This document shows positions 1-10,039 of a stretch of 64,000 bases of DNA, in pieces. The notes under the pieces were generated by a model, which saw only the letters and a program-made list of their open reading frames with translations, was not told the origin of the DNA and did no database searches. The stretch is from assembly GCA_963770835.1 (NCBI GenBank), contig CAVYRH010000002.1, forward strand, positions 173,739 to 237,738, read 5' to 3'. This stretch comes from an uncultured Pseudomonadota bacterium. GTDB taxonomy: Bacteria; Oederibacteriota; Muellerivitia; Muellerivitales; Muellerivitaceae. Every line of letters starts with the position of its first letter. Position 1 is the stretch's first letter. The position numbers and the translations under genes were made by a program.

Positions 1-1292
1 GGACAGGCTTTTTCCCCTGAAAATGGACAATTCCCCGGAAAACAATCGCGTTTCGGCCAGTCGCTTTTGCGCCATACAAGCCGTCGTCAGCTGCCGTGAC
101 AAGAGTCTCCAGGTTCACCCCATCCTCCCCCCACTCCACAATGGCCTGGGAAATAGTGACGGGGTAATGGATCACGTAAAGGTCATCCTTTTTGTGGCCC
201 GTTCCATCCGTAAAATGCCGGATGTTCTCGGCCTTGATGATCTCATTGGCCTCCGCCACCACCTTCTCCTCGACGTATTTGCGGAATTCCCCCGCTTTCT
301 CCAGGGCTTCTTTTTCATCCCCGTCCAGGATCCAAATGACCTCCTCGCCCCCATACCGCCAAATTCGTTCCTTGGAAAAGATCCCCTGGCCCGCCTTGGC
401 TAATGTTCTCAAGACGGCGTTCCCCACTTGGTGGTTGGAATGCACATCATTGAAACTTTTGAAATAGTCGATATCGGCCATGCAAAGGTAAATCTTGGCT
501 TTCTTCTTGGCGGCATAGGCGGGAATCTGGTTTCTCGCCGCGCGGAAGTTCAAAAGGCCCGTGAGGTCATCCATCACAGTTTGCTTGACGAGGTTTTCCT
601 TTGTGGTTTTGTCCTGGCAATCCGCCGCTGTATCCAGGATGAAAGGGAACATTTGGGCCAAGAGCCATTTGCCAGGCTTTGTTTTCCTCAATTTCCCCAA
701 GGTTGCTCTCTTTTCCAGTTTTTGGGCCTTCTCCAGCAAGGCCTTGATCCTCGGGTCTTTCATCCCCGCATCCCTCAAAACGGAACAAACGTGGACCGTC
801 CAGTGGAATTTCCCCAGTGAGAAATAAGCCGAAGCCAAAAGAACCAGGTACTCGGGTTCCTTGGGGAACCTCATATTCAGGCTTTGGAGCATCTCAACCG
901 CCGTCTCGGCCCTGCCGGTCAGGGTGAAAAGTTCCGCTTGCAGGGCCACCGCTTCGGGGAAATCCCGCACAGCCTCGAAAATTTCCTTGAGCGTGGTTTC
1001 GCATTCGGCGTATTGGGCCTTCAAAAGATAGGCTTTCGCCAGCAGAACCCGGCTTTCGGATGACGGGTGGGAAAAGTTATGTAGCCTTTCGATGACCTTG
1101 AGGATGGAATTAGGTTTATTTAATTTGGCGTAGATCTTCCCGGCTTCCAGATAGGCTTCCACGTTGTGGGGCTGGTAGGAGTGGATCACCTCGTCAAAAA
1201 ATGGAAAGGGCCTTCCGGTACGATTTGGCCTTCATGTAGAGATGCGCGGCCTGGAGGCTTTGGCGGGCCAATTCGGGATTGAGAGTTTCCAT
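1..1292 (-). CDS. TPR-repeat + GGDEF diguanylate cyclase; runs off window edge; +1 frameshift in the A6 run at 1196-1201
   Basis: Manual translation: METLNPELARQSLQAAHLYMKAKSYRKALSIF / DEVIHSYQPHNVEAYLEAGKIY (TPR-like helices) ... DDLTGLLNFR ... MADIDYFKSFNDVHSNHQVGNAVL ... RYGGEEV ... VTISQAI ... AADDGLYGAKATGRN. ATG at 1292 lies 1 bp downstream of the preceding stop. Confidence 0.85.
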
Positions 1293-1293
1293 G

Positions 1294-1881
1294 TCAAAAC
1301 TCCTGGAAGTTTGATATTTGCAGGGTTCCGTTGTCGTCTTTCACCACGACCAAAAGGTTCATGGGCAGCTCCAATTGGGAGGGAGGATTGGTGTTGTCGG
1401 AGTTGTAGATGCTTTTCCCGATGACCTTGACCCAATAATGGGTTCCATCGGAATTGACGACACTGGAGCGGTCGATCCTCTGGTAGATGACGTAGGCCTT
1501 GGACTGCCTAATGAATTCCACCCATTTGGGGTCCAGGAACGCCTCGCTATATTGGGACATGAGGTTGTCCACCATGAGGCCGGATACTTTGTCCGTCTGG
1601 CGGTCGATGTCCGTGTAGCTCAGGTTGAAGGCCATGATGGAGAACTTCTCGGCAAAATCGATGACCCCGGTGTCTTGGGTCGCCGTTTCAACCGCCTGAA
1701 AGTCCTTGTTCTCCTGGGGGTGGGTTACAACAGCGCCAATCCTCGCCTTACCCCACCAAAGGGTGAAAAGGATCCCGGATAGGGTGATGGCCACAACCAA
1801 TAGGATCATCGGCCATGCCTTATTGCCCTTGCGTTCTTCCTCCACCTCATCCAAAAAATTCATTTCCTTTTTCTCATTCAT
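1294..1881 (-). CDS. VirB8/TraE-like bitopic T4SS protein
   Basis: Single N-terminal TM helix followed by an NTF2-like alpha/beta domain; directly downstream of VirB4. Confidence 0.55.
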   Translation of the reverse strand: MNEKKEMNFLDEVEEERKGNKAWPMILLVVAITLSGILFTLWWGKARIGAVVTHPQENKDFQAVETATQDTGVIDFAEKFSIMAFNLSYTDIDRQTDKVSGLMVDNLMSQYSEAFLDPKWVEFIRQSKAYVIYQRIDRSSVVNSDGTHYWVKVIGKSIYNSDNTNPPSQLELPMNLLVVVKDDNGTLQISNFQEF

Positions 1882-1908
1882 ATATCACCTCGAATATTTC
1901 CCGTCATA

Positions 1909-4401
1909 TCAGCCGGCTTTCATTACCTTGTTGTTTTCCTTGTCGTCGATCCATTGGCAGATGGCGGATAGGACTTTTTCAGGGTCCTCATCCTTGGCGT
2001 AGGCCTCCAAATACCGGTCCCTGACCGCCGCCTCGGGGCCATAGGTGGTGGCGATGTGGTAGGAGAGTTCATCGGGATAAATGTTGACGATCCCCTGGCG
2101 GTGGGTCTGGTGGATCATGGCCTGGGAATAGACCCCTTTGACCTGGTGGAGGCCCGAAACCATGTCCATCTGGGTTGGATTGAGTTGAAGGAGGTTTTTG
2201 GCGTGGCGGACATCGTCCCCGACGAGTTTCAACAGAATCTTAGTGGCGGTATTCTTGAGGATGGCTTCCACCCCCTTAACCCCATTGAATTCCCCGATTT
2301 CCTGGGTAGCGAAGATGGGTTGGAGCCTCAGGTGCCGGGCCGTTTTCGCGATCCTCAAAAGGAAGGAAAGACCAGTGGGGAATTGGGCCAAATGCCAAGC
2401 TTCGTCAAGGACCAGTTGGGAGAGACGGTTCAAACCCATATTTTCCTTGGCTTTTCTCAAGCAGTAGTTGGAGATGACGAAAACGGCTAGGCCAATGGCC
2501 TTCTTGTCGTTGTCACTAATGCCGGAGGTATCGAATACAGTGAAATTGTCGTCCCCCTCAACGGTGGATTCCCGGTCAGTCAGGTTGGCGTAGATTCCTT
2601 TTCCCGTATAGAGCTTCAGGATTTCAGCCTGCTTGCGGCATATATATTGGAACTGGACAGGCGTCTTTTTCTCTTCCGACATCCTTATCAATGTTTCCTT
2701 GAGGTCCGAGAGAAGGGGAACCCGGTTTTGGGATATGACGTTCCGGTAAGTCGTCTTTATCGCTTCCTGAAGCAAGGCCTTGTCCAGTTCCTCCGCTTCC
2801 TCGATTGAGTTGCCCTTGACGTTGGCAAGCACGACCCCCAAGAACATGATGATGCTGGAGATTTGGTCGGGGTCGATTTCGCCGTCCAATTCCTTTATTT
2901 CATCCAAGGGATAATCAAAGATGTTCAGGTGGTGGCGGCTGTCCAGGTCGTAATTGAGGTACTTGCCCCCGGACAAAAGGCAGAGAGTTTTGTACGATTT
3001 CGATTTGTCGATGACCATCACGTAGGGGTTCAGGTGCCTGTTTCGGATCAAGAGCTGGTTGATGGTGAAGGATTTGCCGGTACCCGAACTTCCCACCACC
3101 AGGAAGTTCCAGTTTTCCGCCTCCTTTCCCCACAAGTCCAAATGGACCATCTGGTTGGAAAGGGTTTTCCCGATGGGCACACCGTCCGTTTCGGCGATGG
3201 GCTCGTATAAAACAGGAATCGCGTTGGCGATAACGGCCGTGGCTTGCAGGTGCTCGTGGGAAGCGTAATCGGTGGCCTGGGGCGTGGTGGAAAGGAAAAG
3301 CCTCTTTTGTTCCGCGTAACCAGACAAGGGGTGGACGTTCTTGAACTTCCGGGCCAGGTTCTCGTAAATCGTCAGGAGGGATTCTTTTGTGTCCGCGAAC
3401 AAGGTCACGTAAAGGGAAAACTTGGCAAGGGAGGTCTTCTTCTCCGAGACCATGGACAACACTTCCTGGCGGTAATCCAGGTTGGCCTGGGCCTCGAAAT
3501 TGACCACGTTTTTGCGCTTCCAAAGGGCCCCCTGGTCGGCCTGGATTTGGCGCTCAACCACCCCCTGGGCCCGGAACAAATCCACCCCTTTCACGAACAA
3601 GGAAACCTTGAAATCATCCGTTTCCCCGTAAAGTTCCTGGAAGAAAAGGCTTTGTTCGTTGAAAGACGGGAATTCGGTCACGTAGAGGGTCTTGGCCAAC
3701 TTGTCCCCAATCTTGAAAAAATGGGGGTTGGTGAAATCCCAGGGGACCGTGGAGAGCATTTCCCGGAGTGTCTGGAACCCGAATTCCCCACCCGACATGG
3801 AAATACCCCGTTTGAAAAGGGACGGATTCCCGTGGAATTTCCTAAGCGAGAATTCCTCATATAAGAGGGTGTAAATCTCCTCCTCACTAGCCTCTTCCAG
3901 TTCCATCCCCAAGAGTGATAGCTGGGAAGCCCAGGATTTGGCCCTCCTCAATACCTCCTCAAGGGGTCCAAAGGACCCCTTTTCATCTTTTGCGGGATTT
4001 GAAGGAATTACGGTGAACAGGACATACGAAAGAAAGCGGCAAATACGGTGGTCCTTGTAAAACAGCCGCAAGGAGTTTTCCAGGAACCGGGGATACTGGT
4101 TTTTGAAGATCGTCGGCGCGTTTTCGTGGATATGGCCCTTGAACTTATCGATTCCCACCTCAACATCCGCAGGGACCCTTTTGGTGAGGAACTGGACTTG
4201 CTCGTCTTTCCGCAAGTCCCCCAAAGCTGAGTTCAATTTCATCACTTTCTCGCCCAATACCTCCGGGTCTTCCATCCAGGGATTGAGCCCGCCTTCAACC
4301 TTGAATACGGCCACGAACTGGCGGGGGTTCCTCAAAACAAGGAATCCCGGGCCAACCGATGAAATCCTCAAGAGTTCGGGAATGACGTTTTTCATGTTCA
4401 A
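1909..4401 (-). CDS. virB4: VirB4/TraC-family T4SS ATPase
   Basis: 830 aa; Walker A GSSGTGKS, VIDKSKSY, Walker B LVLDEAW, AKTARH and FATQ motifs. Confidence 0.9.
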   Translation of the reverse strand: MNMKNVIPELLRISSVGPGFLVLRNPRQFVAVFKVEGGLNPWMEDPEVLGEKVMKLNSALGDLRKDEQVQFLTKRVPADVEVGIDKFKGHIHENAPTIFKNQYPRFLENSLRLFYKDHRICRFLSYVLFTVIPSNPAKDEKGSFGPLEEVLRRAKSWASQLSLLGMELEEASEEEIYTLLYEEFSLRKFHGNPSLFKRGISMSGGEFGFQTLREMLSTVPWDFTNPHFFKIGDKLAKTLYVTEFPSFNEQSLFFQELYGETDDFKVSLFVKGVDLFRAQGVVERQIQADQGALWKRKNVVNFEAQANLDYRQEVLSMVSEKKTSLAKFSLYVTLFADTKESLLTIYENLARKFKNVHPLSGYAEQKRLFLSTTPQATDYASHEHLQATAVIANAIPVLYEPIAETDGVPIGKTLSNQMVHLDLWGKEAENWNFLVVGSSGTGKSFTINQLLIRNRHLNPYVMVIDKSKSYKTLCLLSGGKYLNYDLDSRHHLNIFDYPLDEIKELDGEIDPDQISSIIMFLGVVLANVKGNSIEEAEELDKALLQEAIKTTYRNVISQNRVPLLSDLKETLIRMSEEKKTPVQFQYICRKQAEILKLYTGKGIYANLTDRESTVEGDDNFTVFDTSGISDNDKKAIGLAVFVISNYCLRKAKENMGLNRLSQLVLDEAWHLAQFPTGLSFLLRIAKTARHLRLQPIFATQEIGEFNGVKGVEAILKNTATKILLKLVGDDVRHAKNLLQLNPTQMDMVSGLHQVKGVYSQAMIHQTHRQGIVNIYPDELSYHIATTYGPEAAVRDRYLEAYAKDEDPEKVLSAICQWIDDKENNKVMKAG

Positions 4402-4682
4402 ACCTCGCTTTCTTCCCCGCCACTGTTGTAATACCGTGGTTCCCGGTGGAACCGGACGATGTTCTCGAAATGTTTCTCAGGCCAGAAACTCTTCAAAACG
4501 TAAAAAACGGTGGCCACAACTAAAGCCGAGAAGAATAGAACCAGGCTCCCTTCTAGGCCCCAAACACTGAAAAGCAATATGAACCCGAAGGCGTCGGCGA
4601 TGAAGATGAACATCAAGCGAGTGAAGTCCGAGGCATAGAACAAGCCCCACATCCTGGATTCCTTCTCAAGTGGGATTGCCAT
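4398..4682 (-). CDS. VirB3/PrgI/TcpE-like small membrane protein
   Basis: 94 aa with two TM segments; overlaps the virB4 start. Confidence 0.6.
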   Translation of the reverse strand: MAIPLEKESRMWGLFYASDFTRLMFIFIADAFGFILLFSVWGLEGSLVLFFSALVVATVFYVLKSFWPEKHFENIVRFHREPRYYNSGGEESEV

Positions 4683-6588
4683 CGCCGCCCCTCCTTTCCT
4701 TGCCCATGCCCCTGACCGTGGGCGGAGGCCCGCCCCTTTGAAGGCGTTTGGCGTAGGAGCCGATCAAGCGCCGCTTCTCCATTTCCTCCTTGGAGAAATC
4801 CCCCTTGCTCCTGGTGAATTCCTTGTCCATTCCCTTGGAGATGCTGTCCCCGGCGAATTTCCGCACCAAACCTGAGACGGGGTTGTCCGTTCCTTCCCCG
4901 CCCCGGTCGCGGCCTCCGATTCCCCCAACGTTTCCGATCATGTTGAGGCCCTTGACGAATCGCCCCCCGGCCACGGCTCCGGCTGTGGTTCCGACAAAAG
5001 GGATGATGGAACCCACCGCCGCCCCCGCCGCCGTCCCCACCGCCTGCCCTGTTTCACCCGTCGCGGCCTTGATGCCCCCGGCGGTCTTGAGCCTAGCCGC
5101 GTTCATGGCCCCCATCGCGGCCAGGTTGTCCCTTGCGAAATCCTTGATTCCGTCCCCCCGTAAGTTCCCTCCTTGGAAGGTGGTGAAAAGGGAGGCGAAC
5201 TCCTGGACATTGGCGATCATCTGGAGCCCCGCGATAACCGCGCAGGCGGTTAAGAGGCTGTTCACCCCGATGGTTTCGATCCCCCAATCGATGTTGGGAA
5301 TGAGGTAAAGCCCTACCAGGGTGATGGCCCAAAAGACGGAATATAGGAGTTGTTTTACGAAGTACCGGAGAGCCCCCCAGAAAATGGGGGCGGTCGCTGG
5401 GTGCCCCAGGCAACCGATAAAAGCGGGCCCCAGGAGGAACAGGACCCAGAGATTCAAGACTTGGAAAAACTTCGCAAAAATGACAGAAAAACAGACGATT
5501 AAACCCCAGAGAGCGGCCCCGCATTTGAGTAAGCCCCCTCCAAACTTGGCGATGCGGCTCTCATCCTGCGGCTGGTTGCCTGCCGTTGCGAGATTGGGGC
5601 CTGATGATGCCTGTTGGGGCGGGTATTGGACGCCGTTGTTACCCATCAACCCTTGGACCGAATAAGGAACCAGTGTTTCCCCGGATATGGCCGGGGTGCT
5701 TCCCACCGTGTCGGCCCCTCTCGCCAAAAGGACGTGGACAAGGGTGGGGACGCTCAAAATCAGGATGATCCCGGAAACCGCCTGGATGAATTTGTAATTG
5801 CCGCTTTTGGAGTCCCCTGCCGCCACCGCCGAGTAACAGTTGTAAAAACCCAGGATGACCAGGGAAAGGGAAACGAGGAAGAAAAAGTCCCAGATAATCC
5901 CCTGGGTTTTGATGAAGTTCCCCCGAAAGTCGATCTGGTTCACCTGAACCGCACTCAAGCCTGAAGGCCCGCCCAAGTTGATGTCGGCGAACCCTTCCAG
6001 GACCCCGCTGGTTTTGAGGGTATTTTGGTTGTAGAGGTAGTACCCCAAAGCTGTCACACCGTTGGTCAAAAGGGAATGGATGAAAGGCCAGGCGAAGATG
6101 GCGGTGAAAGCGCCCACAAAGACAAGGACCATCGAGGGCTCAACCGGCCTCCCCCAAAACCCTGAGGAGCGCTGGCCCACGTCCACCAGGAAAAAAACAA
6201 GGAGAAGATAGAGCCCGAAGCCGCTGGTTATCTTGAGCAGGTTCAAAACCTCGGCCACGGCTAGGGAGGCCTCACCGGCCATCCCCGGTTGTTTGGACAT
6301 GGCGGTGTAGGTGATAGGCGAGGCCAAATCCGGAATCTTGATGAGGAATGTCCCAATGTACTTGTCGTATACGTCGAAGAGGGTTTGAAGGGCCCAATTG
6401 CCTAGGCTGTCCATTCCGTTGGCGACCCAATCCGCCGCGTTCTTGGCGACGGTTTCCACGATTCCTTGGGATACCCCCTGCTGGATGGCGCCTTCCGAAG
6501 GGCCGCTATCGGTCGAGAGGACCGTAACGGCGCCCGCGCCCGGCGCCACCATCAGGGTCAAACCCGCTATATATAAAAGCTTCTTCAT
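4666..6588 (-). CDS. VirB6/TrbL-like polytopic membrane protein
   Basis: Multiple TM helices (LWVLFLLGPAFIGCLGHPATAPIFWGALRY) and a Gly/Ala-rich C-tail; probable start MKKLLYIAG. Confidence 0.75.
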   Translation of the reverse strand: MKKLLYIAGLTLMVAPGAGAVTVLSTDSGPSEGAIQQGVSQGIVETVAKNAADWVANGMDSLGNWALQTLFDVYDKYIGTFLIKIPDLASPITYTAMSKQPGMAGEASLAVAEVLNLLKITSGFGLYLLLVFFLVDVGQRSSGFWGRPVEPSMVLVFVGAFTAIFAWPFIHSLLTNGVTALGYYLYNQNTLKTSGVLEGFADINLGGPSGLSAVQVNQIDFRGNFIKTQGIIWDFFFLVSLSLVILGFYNCYSAVAAGDSKSGNYKFIQAVSGIILILSVPTLVHVLLARGADTVGSTPAISGETLVPYSVQGLMGNNGVQYPPQQASSGPNLATAGNQPQDESRIAKFGGGLLKCGAALWGLIVCFSVIFAKFFQVLNLWVLFLLGPAFIGCLGHPATAPIFWGALRYFVKQLLYSVFWAITLVGLYLIPNIDWGIETIGVNSLLTACAVIAGLQMIANVQEFASLFTTFQGGNLRGDGIKDFARDNLAAMGAMNAARLKTAGGIKAATGETGQAVGTAAGAAVGSIIPFVGTTAGAVAGGRFVKGLNMIGNVGGIGGRDRGGEGTDNPVSGLVRKFAGDSISKGMDKEFTRSKGDFSKEEMEKRRLIGSYAKRLQRGGPPPTVRGMGKERRGGDGNPT

Positions 6589-6651
6589 ATGAAACCTTCC
6601 AAATATCAAACTGCTTTAAGGGGGATATGCCCCCGTTCACTTCATAAACCG

Positions 6652-7011
6652 TCAATTACCCGCCAACACCGAGGAAACCGGACGAGCCCCGAATTCCCCG
6701 GCTTTCAGGATGAGGACGTTCACCACCACCCCCACCATGAGAATCCCCACGAAAGCCAGGACCGAGTTCCATACCCTGTCCTTGGCCGTCGTGTCCCCCT
6801 TGCTGGAATCCGCCAGGTGGTCGAAAACGTTCTTGATGCAGCCGAACAATTTCCAGAGCCCGTAGGCGTCCAGGACGAAAAGGATCAGCGTCTTGACCGG
6901 CGAAAGCTCCGGGATGCTGACCACGGCTTGGGCGAAGGCTGCCTCGGCCTCCAAAAAGATCCAAAGCGCCAAAACCACCCTTTTCTTCCCCTTAAATATT
7001 TCTTTCTTCAT
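6652..7011 (-). CDS. VirB2/TrbC-like pilin
   Basis: Signal peptide ending AFA-Q, then two hydrophobic helices separated by a KG/AKD loop; RBS GGAGG before MKKEIF. Confidence 0.6.
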   Translation of the reverse strand: MKKEIFKGKKRVVLALWIFLEAEAAFAQAVVSIPELSPVKTLILFVLDAYGLWKLFGCIKNVFDHLADSSKGDTTAKDRVWNSVLAFVGILMVGVVVNVLILKAGEFGARPVSSVLAGN

Positions 7012-7047
7012 ATCGAACCTCCGAAATAAAACATCAATACACATTCC

Positions 7048-7905
7048 TCATTGGGCCGGCGGTGCGCCTCCGGCATTTGCCGAGTTCTGGGGCTCTCGGG
7101 GTTGGACATTGACGGTCCCCAATTGCTGGATGGCGACCGAACCCCCGGTTTGAACGGCAACTGCCCCCGCAGTGTTCAACCCTTGGACCCCATTGCCGCT
7201 TGTGGCGATGTTGGAACCCGTTGACTGCCCCAAGCCGACCAGGGATCCCAGGTTCGTGATGCCAAGGGAGGAGAGGATCTGGGACACCACCAGGGACCCG
7301 ATGACGCCTCCTAGGGCCGCAATCGCGGTCCCAATGACCTGGTTGAAGGCCGAAACCAAGGCGCTTTCCTGGCTGGTTGGTTGGTATCCAGGGGCGACGG
7401 TGGGCCCAGGAAGGGCCGATATCTGCCCTGAAATCGTATTGGCCTGGGCAACGTTCCCTGTCTGGATGGCCTGTGCTTCCTGCTGGTAAAGGCCCCCGAT
7501 CTGTTGGAAATCCGGGTCGCTACTCCCCTGAAGCTGGACGGAATAACCCTGGAGTTCCGTGACAGACTGGGGCGCGAAAGCCGTTCCCACCGTTTGGGAA
7601 AGTTGGGCGCTCAAGGTGGCAAGGCCGCTCATGACCTGGCTCTTCACCCAATCGGACTTCGCCGCCTGGTTGTATTGGGTGGACGTGAAGGGACAGGGTT
7701 TCCTCGTGCCCCGCGAAACAACCCCCGTTGGGACGTAACGCCTTGCCGATTCCTTGGGAAACACCAATTCCTTCATGAGAAAATCCCTGAACCCAACCAC
7801 GTTTTGCCTTATCTCATCGTTGGTCTTGGAGTCGTCCGAAAAGGTATCGGCCGATAGGGGCTGTACGCAAAACAAGAAGATAATTGAAATCCATATACCT
7901 TTCAT
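7048..7905 (-). CDS. Secreted Gln/Gly/Ser-rich protein with hydrophobic C-terminal segment (possible VirB5-like)
   Basis: Signal peptide; translationally coupled within the operon. Confidence 0.55.
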   Translation of the reverse strand: MKGIWISIIFLFCVQPLSADTFSDDSKTNDEIRQNVVGFRDFLMKELVFPKESARRYVPTGVVSRGTRKPCPFTSTQYNQAAKSDWVKSQVMSGLATLSAQLSQTVGTAFAPQSVTELQGYSVQLQGSSDPDFQQIGGLYQQEAQAIQTGNVAQANTISGQISALPGPTVAPGYQPTSQESALVSAFNQVIGTAIAALGGVIGSLVVSQILSSLGITNLGSLVGLGQSTGSNIATSGNGVQGLNTAGAVAVQTGGSVAIQQLGTVNVQPREPQNSANAGGAPPAQ

Positions 7906-8369
7906 TCAGCCCCTCCCTTCTTGAGGGCCAGGATGAACTGGGCAACCTCAAACGGGTTTTCCACTCCCTGGAAGGCCATCTCGAATTGCCCCCGCCTGTC
8001 GGATGCCCCGGCGGTCTTGATGAAGATGTTCCCGATTCCAAAGGGCTTCTGGAGAAGGGTTTGTTCGACTGTGACATCCACTATTTTTTCAATCGGGATG
8101 CTCCTGACCTCCCTCACCAGGATTCCCTCCCTCTGCTCGACCAAGTCCTTCTTGACGACGTAAATTGTGTTGGAGAGGGCCGCCCAAGAGAAAACAGCCA
8201 ACAAGGATTCCAAGAGAATAAACAACGAGAGAACCAGCAAGGGGTCTACCCCAAGCGGTATGAGGCAAAGGAAAACCAAAGGGGCGGCAAGGACATCCAG
8301 GTAATGCGGGAAGGAAGGGTGAAGAACCTTCAGGACTTCAAATTTGATTTCGTTCAAGTTCTTTTCCAT
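7902..8369 (-). CDS. Membrane protein with bacterial PH domain (bPH_2/YdbS-like)
   Basis: Two TM helices, then REGILVREVRSIPIEKIVDVTVEQTLLQKPFGIGNIFIKTAG. Confidence 0.85.
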   Translation of the reverse strand: MEKNLNEIKFEVLKVLHPSFPHYLDVLAAPLVFLCLIPLGVDPLLVLSLFILLESLLAVFSWAALSNTIYVVKKDLVEQREGILVREVRSIPIEKIVDVTVEQTLLQKPFGIGNIFIKTAGASDRRGQFEMAFQGVENPFEVAQFILALKKGGAE

Positions 8370-8378
8370 GTCAGCACC

Positions 8379-8849
8379 TCAAAAAAGCCGGACGTAGGCC
8401 GGATCGCTGTCTTCCGTCACGAAAACCGTGATTCCAAAATCGGGAAAATAGGGCCGGTTGACCCGGATTCGAAGCTTGCGGGCTCCCGACGCCACGCCTT
8501 TCCCAAAAACCTGCCGTGTGGACTGCCGCCTCAAAATCCACCCCTGGATGGCTTGGTCGCTCGATAAGTCGAGGATGAATCCACCATCGAGTGAGGTCAG
8601 GGTGACTTCGATTTTTGCCTTGTCCGTCTCCGTCCCGAATTCAAGGGTCTGGGTTTTGAAAGGAACCGCTACCTGGGCCGTTCTTTTCCTTGTTGGCCCC
8701 GCAAACTTTGGCGGCTGGTGGTACTGGCCCAATTCCTCGATGGCCCATTGGTACCGGTCCCTGACCACGTCGAAGGGGTTATCAGTGGCCAGGACCAGCC
8801 CTGGAACAAAAAGGACTAAAGATGATATAAAGGCAGCTTTGCTGCTCAA
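8379..8849 (-). CDS. Secreted hypothetical protein
   Basis: Signal peptide; coupled to neighbouring genes. Confidence 0.6.
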   Translation of the reverse strand: MSSKAAFISSLVLFVPGLVLATDNPFDVVRDRYQWAIEELGQYHQPPKFAGPTRKRTAQVAVPFKTQTLEFGTETDKAKIEVTLTSLDGGFILDLSSDQAIQGWILRRQSTRQVFGKGVASGARKLRIRVNRPYFPDFGITVFVTEDSDPAYVRLF

Positions 8850-10033
8850 AATGACACCCCCATATCGACGGCAACAGCGGGATTGACGTAGCTGGTTGAG
8901 GAAAGCGGCAATTCCAATCCATCAGTTTCGTTTCCCTTCCCCACCGGCAGGGGTAAGGGGAAATTTGTGTTCGAAGTATTCAAGCGGGCCAAGGTGAAGT
9001 CGTTCATCGAATTGGTTATTTGCAGATCAATGAAGATGGAACGGATTCGAATCCGAGCTTTCCCATACCAGGCCATTTGGGGTAAGCCCGCCAGGGAGGG
9101 ATTGATGCCGTTCCCGCCCGTAAAGGGGTTGTTTAAGTTGGAACACAAGGGAACCTGGCTCTCAAACGTCACCTCATCCAGTGACAGGAACTCCCAGGAA
9201 AAGAGGTGTCCTATTCTTGCCCCAAAGGTGAAGGCGTTCGTGTCGAAGCTGCGGGCTGAATCCTCAACGCCATATTCGAAATAAAGCTCGTAATTCCCGG
9301 AGAGATCCGCTTTCCCGCAGATGGAATAAGACGGGTTCCCGCTTAACGATCCGTAGGTGAAGTAGTCGGAAGTACTTTCCGCCATATTGAAAAGAAGGAC
9401 GGTTGTGAGGTCTTTCCCGAAATCGAGCTTCATCCGGGCCTGGCCCATGAAAAAACCCTGGGAGCCGTCCAAAACCGCGTTATCCTCAGCCAACAGGGTC
9501 GGGAAGTAAAAGAAGCTCAAGGAAGTCGGCGGGCTTGAGAGGCCCTTGTCGTCCTCCAAGCCGAAGGAGAACTTGAACGGGATATAGACCTTTATCCCGT
9601 CCAGCCTCCTTTCCCCCATCAAGGGATACCGCCCGAAAAAGCTCGTTGGGGAGACGATGCCGGACAAATCCATGCGGCCGGCCCGGGCCTCGAACCAGGG
9701 CTCGGACAGGGAGATATTCGCCTCCCTCACTTCAACCGTTTCCACCCCATCGGAAGACGAAAGGCTTTTCCCGAAACGGATGCGGCCTTCCGCCGACACG
9801 TCGTTTTCATCGATGGGGCGTACAACCGACAAATCCACCAGGGAACCGGCTTCGCCGTTTGAGTAGGCGAGGGCCACGGTCGAGCTGACTGCTCCACTCT
9901 GCGTCTCAGGGGTCAACGCCGCCGTTGGCGTGGGCATAACCATTGGAGCCGGTGTGGGTGTGGTTTTACCCATGGCGGCTGGGACGGATACCGCGACTAT
10001 CAAACACAAAATAAAGAGCGTCTTCATTTTCAT
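8846..10033 (-). CDS. Putative outer-membrane beta-barrel protein
   Basis: Signal peptide, PT-rich linker, amphipathic beta-strands, C-terminal VDMGVSF. Confidence 0.6.
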   Translation of the reverse strand: MKMKTLFILCLIVAVSVPAAMGKTTPTPAPMVMPTPTAALTPETQSGAVSSTVALAYSNGEAGSLVDLSVVRPIDENDVSAEGRIRFGKSLSSSDGVETVEVREANISLSEPWFEARAGRMDLSGIVSPTSFFGRYPLMGERRLDGIKVYIPFKFSFGLEDDKGLSSPPTSLSFFYFPTLLAEDNAVLDGSQGFFMGQARMKLDFGKDLTTVLLFNMAESTSDYFTYGSLSGNPSYSICGKADLSGNYELYFEYGVEDSARSFDTNAFTFGARIGHLFSWEFLSLDEVTFESQVPLCSNLNNPFTGGNGINPSLAGLPQMAWYGKARIRIRSIFIDLQITNSMNDFTLARLNTSNTNFPLPLPVGKGNETDGLELPLSSTSYVNPAVAVDMGVSF

Positions 10034-10039
10034 ATCCTC

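Noticed and set aside
1196..1201. Frameshift in the TPR-GGDEF gene as phase variation
   Set aside because: The run is only 6 nt, and similar single-base indels occur in the ExeA-like ATPase, hoxN and exuT; assembly error is more likely until reads are checked.
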